Shown piece by piece: positions 29,011 through 37,997 of a stretch of DNA of 64,000 nucleotides. The stretch spans positions 42,679-106,678 of the forward strand of contig SVKE01000001.1 in the NCBI GenBank assembly GCA_015068615.1, written 5' to 3'. The position numbers and the translations under genes are program-made. This DNA is from Oscillospiraceae bacterium (GTDB lineage: Bacteria > Bacillota > Clostridia > UBA1381 > UBA9506). The first letter of the stretch is position 1, and each line of letters starts with the position of its first letter. The notes beneath the pieces are model-generated. The model was not told the DNA's origin. It searched no databases and saw nothing but the letters and a program-made list of their open reading frames with translations.

Positions 29011-29040
29011 CACCACTTTACACCACTTTACACCATTTTT
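29011..29040 (-). promoter_or_regulatory. MraZ operator: three 10-bp-phased direct repeats (AAAGTGGTGT x2 plus AAAATGGTGT on the gene strand)
   Basis: The plus strand reads CACCACTTTA CACCACTTTA CACCATTTTT. The repeats lie immediately downstream of the predicted -10 of the mraZ promoter. Confidence 0.65.
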
Positions 29041-29045
29041 ATTTA

Positions 29046-29074
29046 ATTGTACCCCATTTTTGTTTAATTTGCAA
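29046..29074 (-). promoter_or_regulatory. sigmaA-type promoter of the dcw operon (Pmra)
   Basis: On the minus strand: TTGCAA (29074-29069), 17-nt spacer, TACAAT (29051-29046). Confidence 0.55.
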
Positions 29075-29212
29075 GAGTTTTTGCAAAAAAAATTTAATTT
29101 TTTTGAAATCAAAACTTAATATACAAGATATAGTGTGCAATCATTCTTAAACACAATATTTTCGAAGCTTTTACTTTTGTATAATGGAATGTTTCAAAGA
29201 GGATTCAAGGAA

Positions 29213-29241
29213 TTGACAAGCACATGAAAATAGGGTATACT
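29213..29241 (+). promoter_or_regulatory. sigmaA-type promoter for the SLH-protein gene
   Basis: TTGACA (29213-29218), 17-nt spacer, TATACT (29236-29241). Confidence 0.5.
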
Positions 29242-29295
29242 ATTTCTAGCGAAAACCAGATGCTTTTATATTAAAAAAGGAAGGGGTTTTTACAA

Positions 29296-30444
29296 ATGAA
29301 AAAGGTGTGGAGTGTATGTCTTGCCTGCCTGCTGATTTGCATGACTGCTACGGCGGTGCTTGCGGACGAGGCGGCATTGAACGGAAATGACGAGGTGCTT
29401 GTATCGGCAGAGACCGGTAAAGAGAGCGCAGAACCGGCGGGAGTCGCTGAAATTGCAGAGACAGCAGAGGCTAAAGAGGCAACAGAATTGCCGCAGAGCG
29501 ATGCGCTTACCTTAAAATCGTTGTTTAATATTAAGAGGGCTGATGCTGTAAGCATTACTTTTTCTAAGGGAGAACGCAGCTATACCTCAGAGGAAGCCTC
29601 TGTCATCGATCTCTTTTTTGAGTTTGCAGATAAGATTGCCCTGAACGGGCCGGCAGAATCCAGAATTCTTGAAGAGGGCGGCTACCATGTTTTAATTGAA
29701 ACCATCGATGGCACAACAAAATCCGTATACGTTGCGCCGGACGGCGGTGTTGACCTTTTTGACATGGATAAGGTGACTGAGGAGCATCCCGGCACCTATT
29801 CTGCAGCAGAACCCCAGATGCTGTTTGAATATATGAAGATATTTATGCCGGAGGAGGAAGCAATCTATACGCTGTCCTTCTGGGCATATGATGATTTTCA
29901 GGCGGCTGTTTCTGCCGGTCTCTTTGTCCCGCAGAACTTGGGCATTTCCGACTACACCCTGCCCATCAGCCGCGAAAAATTCTGTGATATCGCTGTTTCT
30001 ATGATAGAAGCAAAAAATGGTGCCGAGCCGGAGGCCGAAGGCTCTTGGCAGTCTCCGGATTTCATTGATACAGATAATGTGAACGTCAGGAAGCTGTATG
30101 AGGCCGGAATCGTATTAGGCAGAGAGAACACTGCAACGGGCGTTATCTTTGCTCCGGATGATTTCATCACGCGTGAAGAGGTTGCCACCATTCTATATAG
30201 AATGGCAAAGGTGCTCAAGATGGAGCTGCCGCAAACGGCTTATGTGGAAGGAGTGCCTTTCTATCAAGATAAGGCAGACATTGCCGACTGGGCCTTTGAA
30301 GGCGTGTTCATGATGCGGGAGCTTGCTATCATGGAGGGTGTTGATGAAGCGGAATTTGCACCGAAGAATACATATACGGCAGAGCAGGCCGTGGTAACGA
30401 TGCTGCGTATGTATAACAGCCTGGCTGCTGTTGTTGCTGAATAA
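29296..30444 (+). CDS. secreted protein with three C-terminal SLH-like repeats
   Basis: 382 aa. Signal peptide MKKVWSVCLACLLICMTATAVLA and an acidic low-complexity linker. Three repeats of about 55 aa end in ...ITREEVATILYRM / ...YTAEQAVVTMLRMY, which fits the SLH pattern. Confidence 0.6.
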   Translation: MKKVWSVCLACLLICMTATAVLADEAALNGNDEVLVSAETGKESAEPAGVAEIAETAEAKEATELPQSDALTLKSLFNIKRADAVSITFSKGERSYTSEEASVIDLFFEFADKIALNGPAESRILEEGGYHVLIETIDGTTKSVYVAPDGGVDLFDMDKVTEEHPGTYSAAEPQMLFEYMKIFMPEEEAIYTLSFWAYDDFQAAVSAGLFVPQNLGISDYTLPISREKFCDIAVSMIEAKNGAEPEAEGSWQSPDFIDTDNVNVRKLYEAGIVLGRENTATGVIFAPDDFITREEVATILYRMAKVLKMELPQTAYVEGVPFYQDKADIADWAFEGVFMMRELAIMEGVDEAEFAPKNTYTAEQAVVTMLRMYNSLAAVVAE

Positions 30445-30461
30445 TTATGAAATAAAAGAGA

Positions 30462-30502
30462 GGGCTGTTGTGTGGCAAAGGACACAAACAGCCCTTTTTT
30501 TT
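30462..30502 (+). terminator. intrinsic terminator
   Basis: GGGCTGTTGTGT...ACACAAACAGCCC hairpin followed by T8. Confidence 0.8.
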
Positions 30503-30533
30503 GTAGGAATTTTTGAAAAATAAAAATTATGAC

Positions 30534-30562
30534 TTGCGTCGGGACAGAAAAGGTGATACAAT
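30534..30562 (+). promoter_or_regulatory. sigmaA-type promoter for mnmG
   Basis: TTGCGT, 17-nt spacer, TACAAT. Confidence 0.4.
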
Positions 30563-30648
30563 ATAATAGAATGTCTGTGCCTTTGCTCTTTTTCTTATAT
30601 GTGACGCAGGCAGTGTAAAAACCAATCGCTTATTTAGGAAGGCCAACC

Positions 30649-32556
30649 ATGAAAGAAACAAAAACCTTGCCGTCAGGGGCTGTCTATTATGCCGGGCATT
30701 ATCAGGTCGCCGTTATCGGCGGCGGGCATGCCGGCTGCGAGGCGGCACTCGCCTGCAGCCGTCTGGGTGCTACAACCATACTTTTTGCCATTAATTTAGA
30801 TACCATTGCAAATATGCCCTGCAATCCATCCATTGGCGGCACGGCGAAAGGCCACCTTGTGCGTGAGATTGATGCTCTGGGCGGCGAGATGGGCCGGGTG
30901 GCAGATAAAACCTTTTTGCAATCCCGGATTTTGAACCGTGGCAAGGGTCCTGCTGTATATTCTTTGCGGGCGCAGTCGGATCGCCGCGCTTATCAGGCAG
31001 AAATGAAGCACACGCTGGAGCGCACGCCCGGCCTGGATGTAAAACAGGCCGAGGTGACGGAGCTAAAGATAGAGAACGGCTCCGTAAAAGGACTCTTGGT
31101 GCATACCGGTGCATATTATACGGCAGATTGCATCATTTTGGCCACCGGTACCTTTTTAAAAGGAAGAATTATTATTGGTGACGTCTCATACAGCGGTGGG
31201 CCTGACGGATTGTTTCCCGCCAATCGCCTTTCCGAGAGTTTGGCCTCCTGCGGCATTTCTCTCCGGCGCTTTAAAACCGGTACGCCCGCCAGGGTGAATC
31301 GGAGCAGCATTGATTTTTCCAAAATGGAGGAGCAGGTGGGCGATGATCCTGTTACGCCCTTCTCCTTTGAAACAGAAGTGCCCGGTAAAAATAAGGTCAG
31401 CTGCTATCTGACCTATACCAACGAAAAAACCCATCAGGTCATCCGGGAAAACCTGCACCGCTCTCCGCTGTATGGCGGCAAAATTGAGGGTGTCGGTCCC
31501 CGGTACTGTCCTTCGATTGAGGATAAGGTTGTCCGCTTTGCTGACAAGGAGCGACATCAGGTGTTTATTGAGCCTATGGGCGAGCACACAGAGGAAATGT
31601 ATGTGCAGGGTATGTCCAGCAGTCTGCCGGAGGATGTGCAGCTTGCCATGCTGCGTACCATCAGCGGACTGGAAAATGTGCAGATGATGCGCACGGCTTA
31701 TGCCATTGAATACGATTGCGTGGACCCCACGGAGCTGTTACCGACCCTGGAATTTAAGCAAATCAAGGGGCTATATGGTGCCGGCCAGTTTAACGGCAGC
31801 TCCGGATACGAAGAAGCAGCGGCGCAAGGTCTTGTGGCAGGTATCAATGCCTACCTAAAGCTATCCGGCAGGAAACCGCTGGTGTTAGATCGCTCGGAAA
31901 GCTACATAGGAACCCTCATTGATGATTTGGTGACCAAGGGCACCCCAGAGCCGTATCGCATGATGACCTCCCGCTCGGAATATCGTTTGCTGTTGCGGCA
32001 GGATAACGCGGATTTGCGCCTGACACCTGTGGGCTATGAAATTGGCTTGATCAGCGAGGAGCGTTACCGACGCTTTTTAGAAAAAAAGGAAGCAATAGAA
32101 AAGGAAATTAAGCGGATTGAAAGCATCGTGATACCACCCTCTGAGGCGGTGCGCACCTTTTTAAAGGAACACGGCTCAGCGGAAATTCACACGGGCATCC
32201 ACCTAAGTGAGTTGTTAAAACGGCCGGAATTTTCCTATGACCTGCTGGCTGTTCTTGACTCAGACAGGCCGCAGCTTGCGGCGGCTGTTCGGGAGCAGGT
32301 GGAGATACAGATTAAATATGAAGGCTATATCAATCGTCAGCTGCGGCAGGTGGAGGCTTTTCGCCGCATGGAGGACAAGCTTTTGGGCGAGGCGATTGAT
32401 TATGAAACAATAGAAGGCCTGCGGCTTGAGGCCCGGCAGAAGCTTGCCAAAATCCGGCCGCGCTCTGTGGGCCAGGCCAGCCGGATTTCCGGCGTGAGCC
32501 CCGCAGATATTTCAGTTCTTCTGATTTATCTGGAGCAGCAAAAGCTACATTCTTAA
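30649..32556 (+). CDS. mnmG: tRNA uridine-5-carboxymethylaminomethyl(34) synthesis enzyme MnmG (GidA)
   Basis: 635 aa. FAD motif [14 protein letters not shown] and [16 protein letters not shown]. Typical length and C-terminal helical domain. Confidence 0.95.
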   Translation: MKETKTLPSGAVYYAGHYQVAVIGGGHAGCEAALACSRLGATTILFAINLDTIANMPCNPSIGGTAKGHLVREIDALGGEMGRVADKTFLQSRILNRGKGPAVYSLRAQSDRRAYQAEMKHTLERTPGLDVKQAEVTELKIENGSVKGLLVHTGAYYTADCIILATGTFLKGRIIIGDVSYSGGPDGLFPANRLSESLASCGISLRRFKTGTPARVNRSSIDFSKMEEQVGDDPVTPFSFETEVPGKNKVSCYLTYTNEKTHQVIRENLHRSPLYGGKIEGVGPRYCPSIEDKVVRFADKERHQVFIEPMGEHTEEMYVQGMSSSLPEDVQLAMLRTISGLENVQMMRTAYAIEYDCVDPTELLPTLEFKQIKGLYGAGQFNGSSGYEEAAAQGLVAGINAYLKLSGRKPLVLDRSESYIGTLIDDLVTKGTPEPYRMMTSRSEYRLLLRQDNADLRLTPVGYEIGLISEERYRRFLEKKEAIEKEIKRIESIVIPPSEAVRTFLKEHGSAEIHTGIHLSELLKRPEFSYDLLAVLDSDRPQLAAAVREQVEIQIKYEGYINRQLRQVEAFRRMEDKLLGEAIDYETIEGLRLEARQKLAKIRPRSVGQASRISGVSPADISVLLIYLEQQKLHS

Positions 32557-32582
32557 ATCTTTTAATGTAAGAAGGGTTATAC

Positions 32583-33467
32583 ATGAGTTCTGTAAAAAGC
32601 ATGACCGGCTTCGGTCGGTATGAGGTTGTTGACGCAGAGAAAAAGCTGGTGATAGATCTGCGTAGTGTGAATCATCGGTACTGCGACATAACGGTGAGAC
32701 TGCCCCGTATCTATGCCTATATGGAGGATAAAATTAAGGACTATGTGGGCAAGCGGGTGCATCGCGGAAAAATCGAAATTTCCGTTTATTTTGAAAGCTA
32801 TACCGGGCAGAATAAGGTAGTGTCGCTGGATACGGCCCTTTTGCACAGTTATTATGACGCTCTTTCTGCCATTCGTACGGAATGCGGGCTTTCCGCTCCG
32901 GTCGGCCTTTCCGATTTGACGCGGTTTTCCGATATATTTATCACCCATCAGGAGGAGCAGGATCAGGACGCTGTTTGGGATATGGTGGCAGAGGGTCTTG
33001 CGCAGGCTGTCGCAGATTTTGAAGCCATGCGGGAGCGCGAGGGTGCTCGGCTGGTCGCCGATCTGCGCGAGCATGCTGGTGCGGTTTTAGCAGATCTTGC
33101 GCAGATTGAAAAGGTTGCTCCCCGGCTGGCAGAGGAATATGCCGGACGCCTGCGGGAGCGGATGAAGGAGCTTTTGGCAGAGGTGCCGGTGGAGGAATCT
33201 CGCTTTATGACAGAGGTGGCCCTGATGGCAGACAAGCTTTGTATAGACGAAGAAATTGTCCGCTTAAAGAGCCATTTTGAGGAGCTGGAGAACATTCTCT
33301 CTGAGGCAGACGGCATTGGCAGAAAGCTCGACTTTTTGGTGCAGGAGATGAACCGAGAGGTCAATACCATTGGCTCTAAGGCAAATGATTTGCGCATAGC
33401 GAAAATTGTTGTGAATATGAAGGCAGAGATTGAAAAGCTGCGCGAGCAGATTCAGAACATTGAATAG
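32583..33467 (+). CDS. yicC: YicC family stress-induced protein (DUF1732)
   Basis: 294 aa. MTGFGR near the N-terminus, SVNHRY, and the C-terminal FLVQEMNREVNTIGSKAND motif. Confidence 0.9.
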   Translation: MSSVKSMTGFGRYEVVDAEKKLVIDLRSVNHRYCDITVRLPRIYAYMEDKIKDYVGKRVHRGKIEISVYFESYTGQNKVVSLDTALLHSYYDALSAIRTECGLSAPVGLSDLTRFSDIFITHQEEQDQDAVWDMVAEGLAQAVADFEAMREREGARLVADLREHAGAVLADLAQIEKVAPRLAEEYAGRLRERMKELLAEVPVEESRFMTEVALMADKLCIDEEIVRLKSHFEELENILSEADGIGRKLDFLVQEMNREVNTIGSKANDLRIAKIVVNMKAEIEKLREQIQNIE

Positions 33468-33482
33468 AGGAAGGAGCGCGTT

Positions 33483-33764
33483 ATGAAACTCATTAACATC
33501 GGTTTTGGCAATACGGTCTCTTCCGAACGGCTGGTGGCCGTTGTTTCTCCCGAATCCGCACCGATTAAGCGAATTATTCAGGAAGCGCGGGACAGAAGCA
33601 TGCTGATTGATGCCACCTATGGCAGAAGAACCAGAGCCGTGATTATTATGGATAGTGACCACATCATTCTCTCGGCGGTGCAGCCCTCCACGGTGGCAAA
33701 CCGTCTCAATGATAATGAGGATGTGGCTGATGAGGAGGATGAGGAGGATGAGGAGGATGTCTAG
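33483..33764 (+). CDS. remA: RemA/DUF370 family biofilm-matrix regulator with acidic C-terminal tail
   Basis: 93 aa. [55 protein letters not shown] is the RemA core, and it is extended by [18 protein letters not shown]. Confidence 0.9.
   Translation: MKLINIGFGNTVSSERLVAVVSPESAPIKRIIQEARDRSMLIDATYGRRTRAVIIMDSDHIILSAVQPSTVANRLNDNEDVADEEDEEDEEDV
33732..33758 (+). repeat. GAGGAGGAT x3 tandem repeat (remA tail / gmk SD)
   Basis: Three perfect 9-bp units. The last unit runs into the gmk ATG at 33757-33759. Confidence 0.9.
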
Positions 33765-34365
33765 AGGTCTTTTGCTGGTTGTATCCGGCCCGTCGGGCGC
33801 CGGTAAAGGCACCATATGCCGTGCTATGCTGGAGCATCGGCCAAGCATTCGTCTCTCCGTTTCTGCCACAACCAGGAAGCCCCGTGAGGGCGAGGTTGAG
33901 GGTCTGAGCTACTTCTTTTTATCGGAGGACACCTTCCGCGGGATGATTGACCGTAAGGAGTTTATTGAATGGGCTTGCTTTTGCGGCAACTATTACGGCA
34001 CGCCGCGAGCGACCGTGGAGGAGCAGCTGGCGGCCGGTCATGACGTGATTTTGGAAATTGATGTGCAGGGCGCTATGCAGGTGAAAAGCAAATTCCCCGA
34101 GGCTGTGTTTGTCTTTGTGTTGCCGCCCTCTTATGAGGAACTGGAAAAGCGGATTGTGGGCCGCGGGACGGAATCGCCAGAGGTGATTCATGAGCGGCTG
34201 GAAACGGCCAAGCGGGAGTATACACATATTGAAAAATATAATTACATATTATTAAATGATTATATCGACGGTGCCGTGGAGCGCTTTTCTGCCATCATTG
34301 ATGCGGAGAAGCTTAGAACCGAGCGCAACGCCGAAACAATTCATACAATACTGGAAAGTAAATGA
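33757..34365 (+). CDS. gmk: guanylate kinase
   Basis: The ORF track starts at 33655. The real start is most likely [19 protein letters not shown] at 33757 (P-loop at the N-terminus, SD supplied by the GAGGAGG repeats). Overlaps the remA stop by 8 nt. Confidence 0.92.
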   Translation: MSRGLLLVVSGPSGAGKGTICRAMLEHRPSIRLSVSATTRKPREGEVEGLSYFFLSEDTFRGMIDRKEFIEWACFCGNYYGTPRATVEEQLAAGHDVILEIDVQGAMQVKSKFPEAVFVFVLPPSYEELEKRIVGRGTESPEVIHERLETAKREYTHIEKYNYILLNDYIDGAVERFSAIIDAEKLRTERNAETIHTILESK

Positions 34366-34380
34366 AAGGATTGATGCTAT

Positions 34381-34668
34381 ATGATGCTGTATCCCTCAAT
34401 TATGGATTTGATGGAGAAGGCCGGAAACCGTTATTCGCTGGTGATTGCCGCCTCTAAGCGCGCCCGTACGATTTTGGCAAAGGCGCAGGAGGAGGAGAGC
34501 AGTCTGGATGGAGCCAGAAGTATCACAAAGGCGGTGGAGGAAATTGCCGCCGGTGAAATTCTGGTTGTGAATGAAACAAGGGAGCAGGCGCTGGAGCGTG
34601 AGGCAGAGGACCTTGCCAAGGCCGAAGCCTTAGAGGCTGCTGAGCAGGCTGCTATCGAAGTGAATTAG
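34381..34668 (+). CDS. rpoZ: DNA-directed RNA polymerase subunit omega
   Basis: 95 aa. YPSIMDLMEKAGNRYSLVIAASKRARTI matches the RpoZ core. Canonical position after gmk. Confidence 0.9.
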   Translation: MMLYPSIMDLMEKAGNRYSLVIAASKRARTILAKAQEEESSLDGARSITKAVEEIAAGEILVVNETREQALEREAEDLAKAEALEAAEQAAIEVN

Positions 34669-34678
34669 GCTTGATAGG

Positions 34679-36016
34679 GTGATTTTTTTGAATATTGGAG
34701 TTGTTTCTCTGGGCTGCGCTAAGAATCTTGTGGATACCGAGGTTATGCTGGGTATTTTGGGCGGAGCGGGCTACAGCATTGTGTCTGACCCGCAGGAGGC
34801 AGACATCATTATTGTCAATACCTGCGCCTTTATAGACTCAGCCAAGGAGGAATCCATTCAAACCGTGCTGGAAATGGCCGCCTACAAAAAGGGGCGGTGT
34901 CGGTTGCTTATTTTGTGCGGCTGTCTGGCAGAGCGGTATCATGATGAGATTTTGCAGGAGCTGCCGGAGGTAGATGCGGTGGTGGGCACAGGCGATTATG
35001 TGAAAATTGCAGAGGTCATTCGCCGTGCGACCGAGGGCGAAAAGGTGGTTTTGCACGGGCACATGAACGATGACCTGCCCGAGGAGAGCCGTCTTTTGTC
35101 TACGCCCGGATACATGGCATATCTGAAAATTGCTGATGGCTGTGACAACTGCTGCACGTATTGTATTATCCCCAAGCTTCGCGGACGCTTCCGCAGCCGA
35201 CCCATGGGGGAGATTGTGCGTGAGGCAGAGGGTCTTGTGGCCTCCGGTGTTCGTGAGCTCATTGTCATCGCGCAGGACACCTCGCGCTACGGCATTGACC
35301 TGTACGGAGAATATGCGCTGCCCACCCTTTTGCACAAGCTCTGTGCCATAAAGGATGTTCATTGGGTACGCGTTTTATATTTGTATCCGGAGATGATTAC
35401 GGAGGCACTGATTGAAACCTTTTGCCGCGAGGAAAAGCTGGTAAATTATATGGACATTCCCATTCAGCATGCAAGTGATGCTGTGCTCAGGCGCATGGGC
35501 CGTCACCTGACCCACGTGCAGCTTTTGGATTTAATCACTCGCCTAAAAAGCCGCATTCCCGGCTTGGTGCTGCGCACCACGGTGATTGCGGGTTTCCCTG
35601 GTGAAACAGAGGAGGATTTTTCACAGCTGCTTTCCTTTGTGAAACAAATGCGGTTCGACCGTCTCGGCGCCTTCCCTTACTCGCAGGAGGAGGGCACACC
35701 GGCGGCACGACTTGACGGACAACTGCCGGAGGAGGTCAAGGTGGCCCGAGCCGAGGAAATTCTGGCCGCACAGGCAGACATTTCTCTGGCACTGCAGCAG
35801 GAAAAAATCGGTTCTGTCGTTGAGGTTTTGGTAGAGGGCTACGATGAGGAAAGCCTTATGTATTATGGCAGAAGCAGTGGTGATGCTCCTGAGGTAGACA
35901 ACACGGTGTACTTTGCTGCCGAGGATGAGATAGCCATTGGAAGCTTTGTACTTGTAGAAATTTTGACAGCAGAAGAATACGAATTGGTGGGACGTGCGGT
36001 TCCCGAGGAGGAATAG
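34679..36016 (+). CDS. rimO: ribosomal protein S12 methylthiotransferase RimO (radical SAM)
   Basis: 445 aa. UPF0004 N-domain VSLGCAKNLVDTEVMLG, radical-SAM CDNCCTYC and a C-terminal TRAM domain. GTG start per the track; the TTG at 34688 is an alternative. Confidence 0.88.
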   Translation: MIFLNIGVVSLGCAKNLVDTEVMLGILGGAGYSIVSDPQEADIIIVNTCAFIDSAKEESIQTVLEMAAYKKGRCRLLILCGCLAERYHDEILQELPEVDAVVGTGDYVKIAEVIRRATEGEKVVLHGHMNDDLPEESRLLSTPGYMAYLKIADGCDNCCTYCIIPKLRGRFRSRPMGEIVREAEGLVASGVRELIVIAQDTSRYGIDLYGEYALPTLLHKLCAIKDVHWVRVLYLYPEMITEALIETFCREEKLVNYMDIPIQHASDAVLRRMGRHLTHVQLLDLITRLKSRIPGLVLRTTVIAGFPGETEEDFSQLLSFVKQMRFDRLGAFPYSQEEGTPAARLDGQLPEEVKVARAEEILAAQADISLALQQEKIGSVVEVLVEGYDEESLMYYGRSSGDAPEVDNTVYFAAEDEIAIGSFVLVEILTAEEYELVGRAVPEEE

Positions 36017-36019
36017 TGA

Positions 36020-36544
36020 ATGAATACACCGAATAAGCTAACACTTTTGCGGGTGCTCTTGGTACCGGTCTTTATGATTTTTATGCTGTACGAATGGGTG
36101 CCTTATTCCCGTTTGGTTGGTGCGGTCATCTTTATGCTGGCTTCCTTGACGGACTGGCTGGACGGATATCTCGCACGGAAAAATCATCAGGTTACGAACT
36201 TTGGCAAGATTATGGACCCATTGGCAGATAAAATGCTGACAACGGCGGCACTTTTATGCCTGACCGCAGAAGGCACGGCTTCTCCTTGGATTTCCGCTAT
36301 TATTTTAACCAGAGAATTCATTGTATCAGGCGTTCGGATTGCTGCGGCGGCAGAGGGTAACGTGATTGCAGCCAGCATGTGGGGCAAGCTGAAAACCGTT
36401 TGGCAGCTCATTTCGCTGATTGTAGCGCTGGTGTTTGGTGCTGGCGTTTTCGTTGATGTTTGCCTGTGGCTGGCAGCGTTATTAACCGTCGTTTCCGGCG
36501 TGGATTATGTGGCTAAAAATGCGAAGTATTTGTCTATGAAATGA
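36020..36544 (+). CDS. pgsA: CDP-diacylglycerol--glycerol-3-phosphate 3-phosphatidyltransferase
   Basis: 174 aa. CDP-alcohol phosphatransferase motif DWLDGYLARK...GKIMDPLADK. Confidence 0.9.
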   Translation: MNTPNKLTLLRVLLVPVFMIFMLYEWVPYSRLVGAVIFMLASLTDWLDGYLARKNHQVTNFGKIMDPLADKMLTTAALLCLTAEGTASPWISAIILTREFIVSGVRIAAAAEGNVIAASMWGKLKTVWQLISLIVALVFGAGVFVDVCLWLAALLTVVSGVDYVAKNAKYLSMK

Positions 36545-36550
36545 CGCATG

Positions 36551-36588
36551 GCTTTGCTTCCGGATTCCGGGAGCAAGGCTACTTTTTT
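36551..36588 (+). terminator. intrinsic terminator after pgsA
   Basis: GCTTTGCTTCCGG / CCGGGAGCAAGGC stem (two G-U pairs) followed by T6. Confidence 0.65.
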
Positions 36589-36711
36589 ATATTTCCTGCA
36601 TGTGAAAAAATGGTAAGCCTATGCCCCTGACTCGTCATTTTCTGTCGTTTGTAGTAAGGTGACGCAGAAAAGAGTTGAGCAGGAGGCGTAATGCCGAAAG
36701 GAGAAGGATAG

Positions 36712-37491
36712 ATGGAGATTTTACACAAAAAAGAAGGATTTATATGTGATATGGACGGCGTGATTTATCACGGAAACCGTCTGCTGCCCGGGGTGAAGGA
36801 ATTTGTGGGCTGGATGCAGCGTGAAAATAAGAGGTTTCTGTTTTTGACAAATTCCAGCGAATACTCTCCCAAGGAGCTACAGCAAAAGCTGGCACGAATG
36901 GGTCTTGAGGTGGATGAAAGCCATTTTTATACCAGTGCTCTTGCCACGGCGATGTTTTTGAAGAACCAAATGCCCGGCTGCAGTGCGTATGTCATCGGTG
37001 CGCCGGGGCTATTGAATGCCTTATACGATGCGGGCGTGACCATGAATGACGTCAACCCCGATTATGTGGTTGTGGGTGAAACGAGAAACTATAATTATGA
37101 AAGTGTGCTTCGTGCCGTGACCCATGTGCGTGCCGGCGCACGGCTGATTGCCACCAATACGGATATGACCGCGCCCACCGAGGCCGGCATTATTCCCGCC
37201 TGCCGTGCTTTTGTGGCACCCATTGAGCTAGCCTCTGGCAAGTCAGCGTATTATGTGGGCAAGCCCAATCCCCTGATGATGCGTACCGGTCTTAAAAAGC
37301 TGGGTGTGCATTCGGAAAATGCCGTTATGATTGGCGACAGAATGGATACGGATATCATTGCAGGTATAGAGACCGGTCTTGATACGGTGCTGGTGCTCAC
37401 CGGTGTGACCCAGCAAGCGGATTTGGAGCTGTATCCCTATAGACCAACCTACATTTTAAACGGCGTGGGAGATTTACCGCCAAAGGCATAA
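36712..37491 (+). CDS. HAD-IIA family sugar-phosphate phosphatase (NagD/YutF-like)
   Basis: 259 aa. DMDGVIY nucleophile motif, LTNSS, GKPNP and GDRMDTDI motifs. Confidence 0.85.
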   Translation: MEILHKKEGFICDMDGVIYHGNRLLPGVKEFVGWMQRENKRFLFLTNSSEYSPKELQQKLARMGLEVDESHFYTSALATAMFLKNQMPGCSAYVIGAPGLLNALYDAGVTMNDVNPDYVVVGETRNYNYESVLRAVTHVRAGARLIATNTDMTAPTEAGIIPACRAFVAPIELASGKSAYYVGKPNPLMMRTGLKKLGVHSENAVMIGDRMDTDIIAGIETGLDTVLVLTGVTQQADLELYPYRPTYILNGVGDLPPKA

Positions 37492-37537
37492 AAAACAGGG
37501 TGTGATATGGGGTGTGCTCTTAAGGACAGTAATATTA

Positions 37538-37570
37538 AAAGGCTGAACGAAATCAATCGTTCAGCCTTTT
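37538..37570 (+). terminator. intrinsic terminator after HAD gene
   Basis: GGCTGAACG / CGTTCAGCC stem with an 8-nt loop, followed by TTTT. Confidence 0.7.
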
Positions 37571-37603
37571 ATCGTAGGGTGCGGCGATTTCGACGCACCG
37601 CAA

Positions 37604-37936
37604 ATGATTTTGTCCAAATATGGGGTAATTCTTGATAAATACATTAATTTAATGAACAATAAATACTCACATATAGAAATAGATAAATATGTCATAATGC
37701 CAAATCATATTCATTTAATTTTGATTTTAGATGATTCGGGAGGGGGTGGAAACCCTCCCCTACAAAATATAATTGGACGATTAAAATCATATACAACAAA
37801 TAAATTTGGCAACGTTCTTTGGCAACGCTCGTTTCATGACCACATAATCCGTGGCGAAAAGGATTATCAGACAATATGGGAATATATAGACACAAACCTT
37901 TTAAATTGGGAAAAAGATTGTTTTTATCATGATTAA
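37604..37936 (+). CDS. IS200-like / REP-associated tyrosine transposase (RAYT-type Y1 HUH) gene, N-terminally truncated
   Basis: HUH motif in VIMPNHIHLILIL. C-terminal WQRSFHDHIIRGEKDYQTIWEYIDTNLLNW carries the catalytic Tyr region. The usual first ~40 aa (YDYS..YFVT strand) are absent. Visibly AT-rich relative to its flanks. By my manual reading the frame stays open upstream to an ATG at 37508. Confidence 0.65.
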   Translation: MILSKYGVILDKYINLMNNKYSHIEIDKYVIMPNHIHLILILDDSGGGGNPPLQNIIGRLKSYTTNKFGNVLWQRSFHDHIIRGEKDYQTIWEYIDTNLLNWEKDCFYHD

Positions 37937-37964
37937 AGGCTCTCGCAAAATTGCGAGAGCCTTT
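37935..37964. terminator. bidirectional terminator hairpin between RAYT-like gene and uppP
   Basis: AAAGGCTCTCGCAA-AA-TTGCGAGAGCCTTT, a 14-bp perfect stem. Confidence 0.7.
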
Positions 37965-37997
37965 AATCGTCCTTTAGAGCACACCACAATAAAGCCT

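Noticed and set aside
33264-33869. 201-aa minus-strand ORF overlapping yicC, remA and gmk
   Set aside because: It is antisense to three conserved, tightly packed genes and partly generated by the GAGGAGGAT repeat. It has no independent support.
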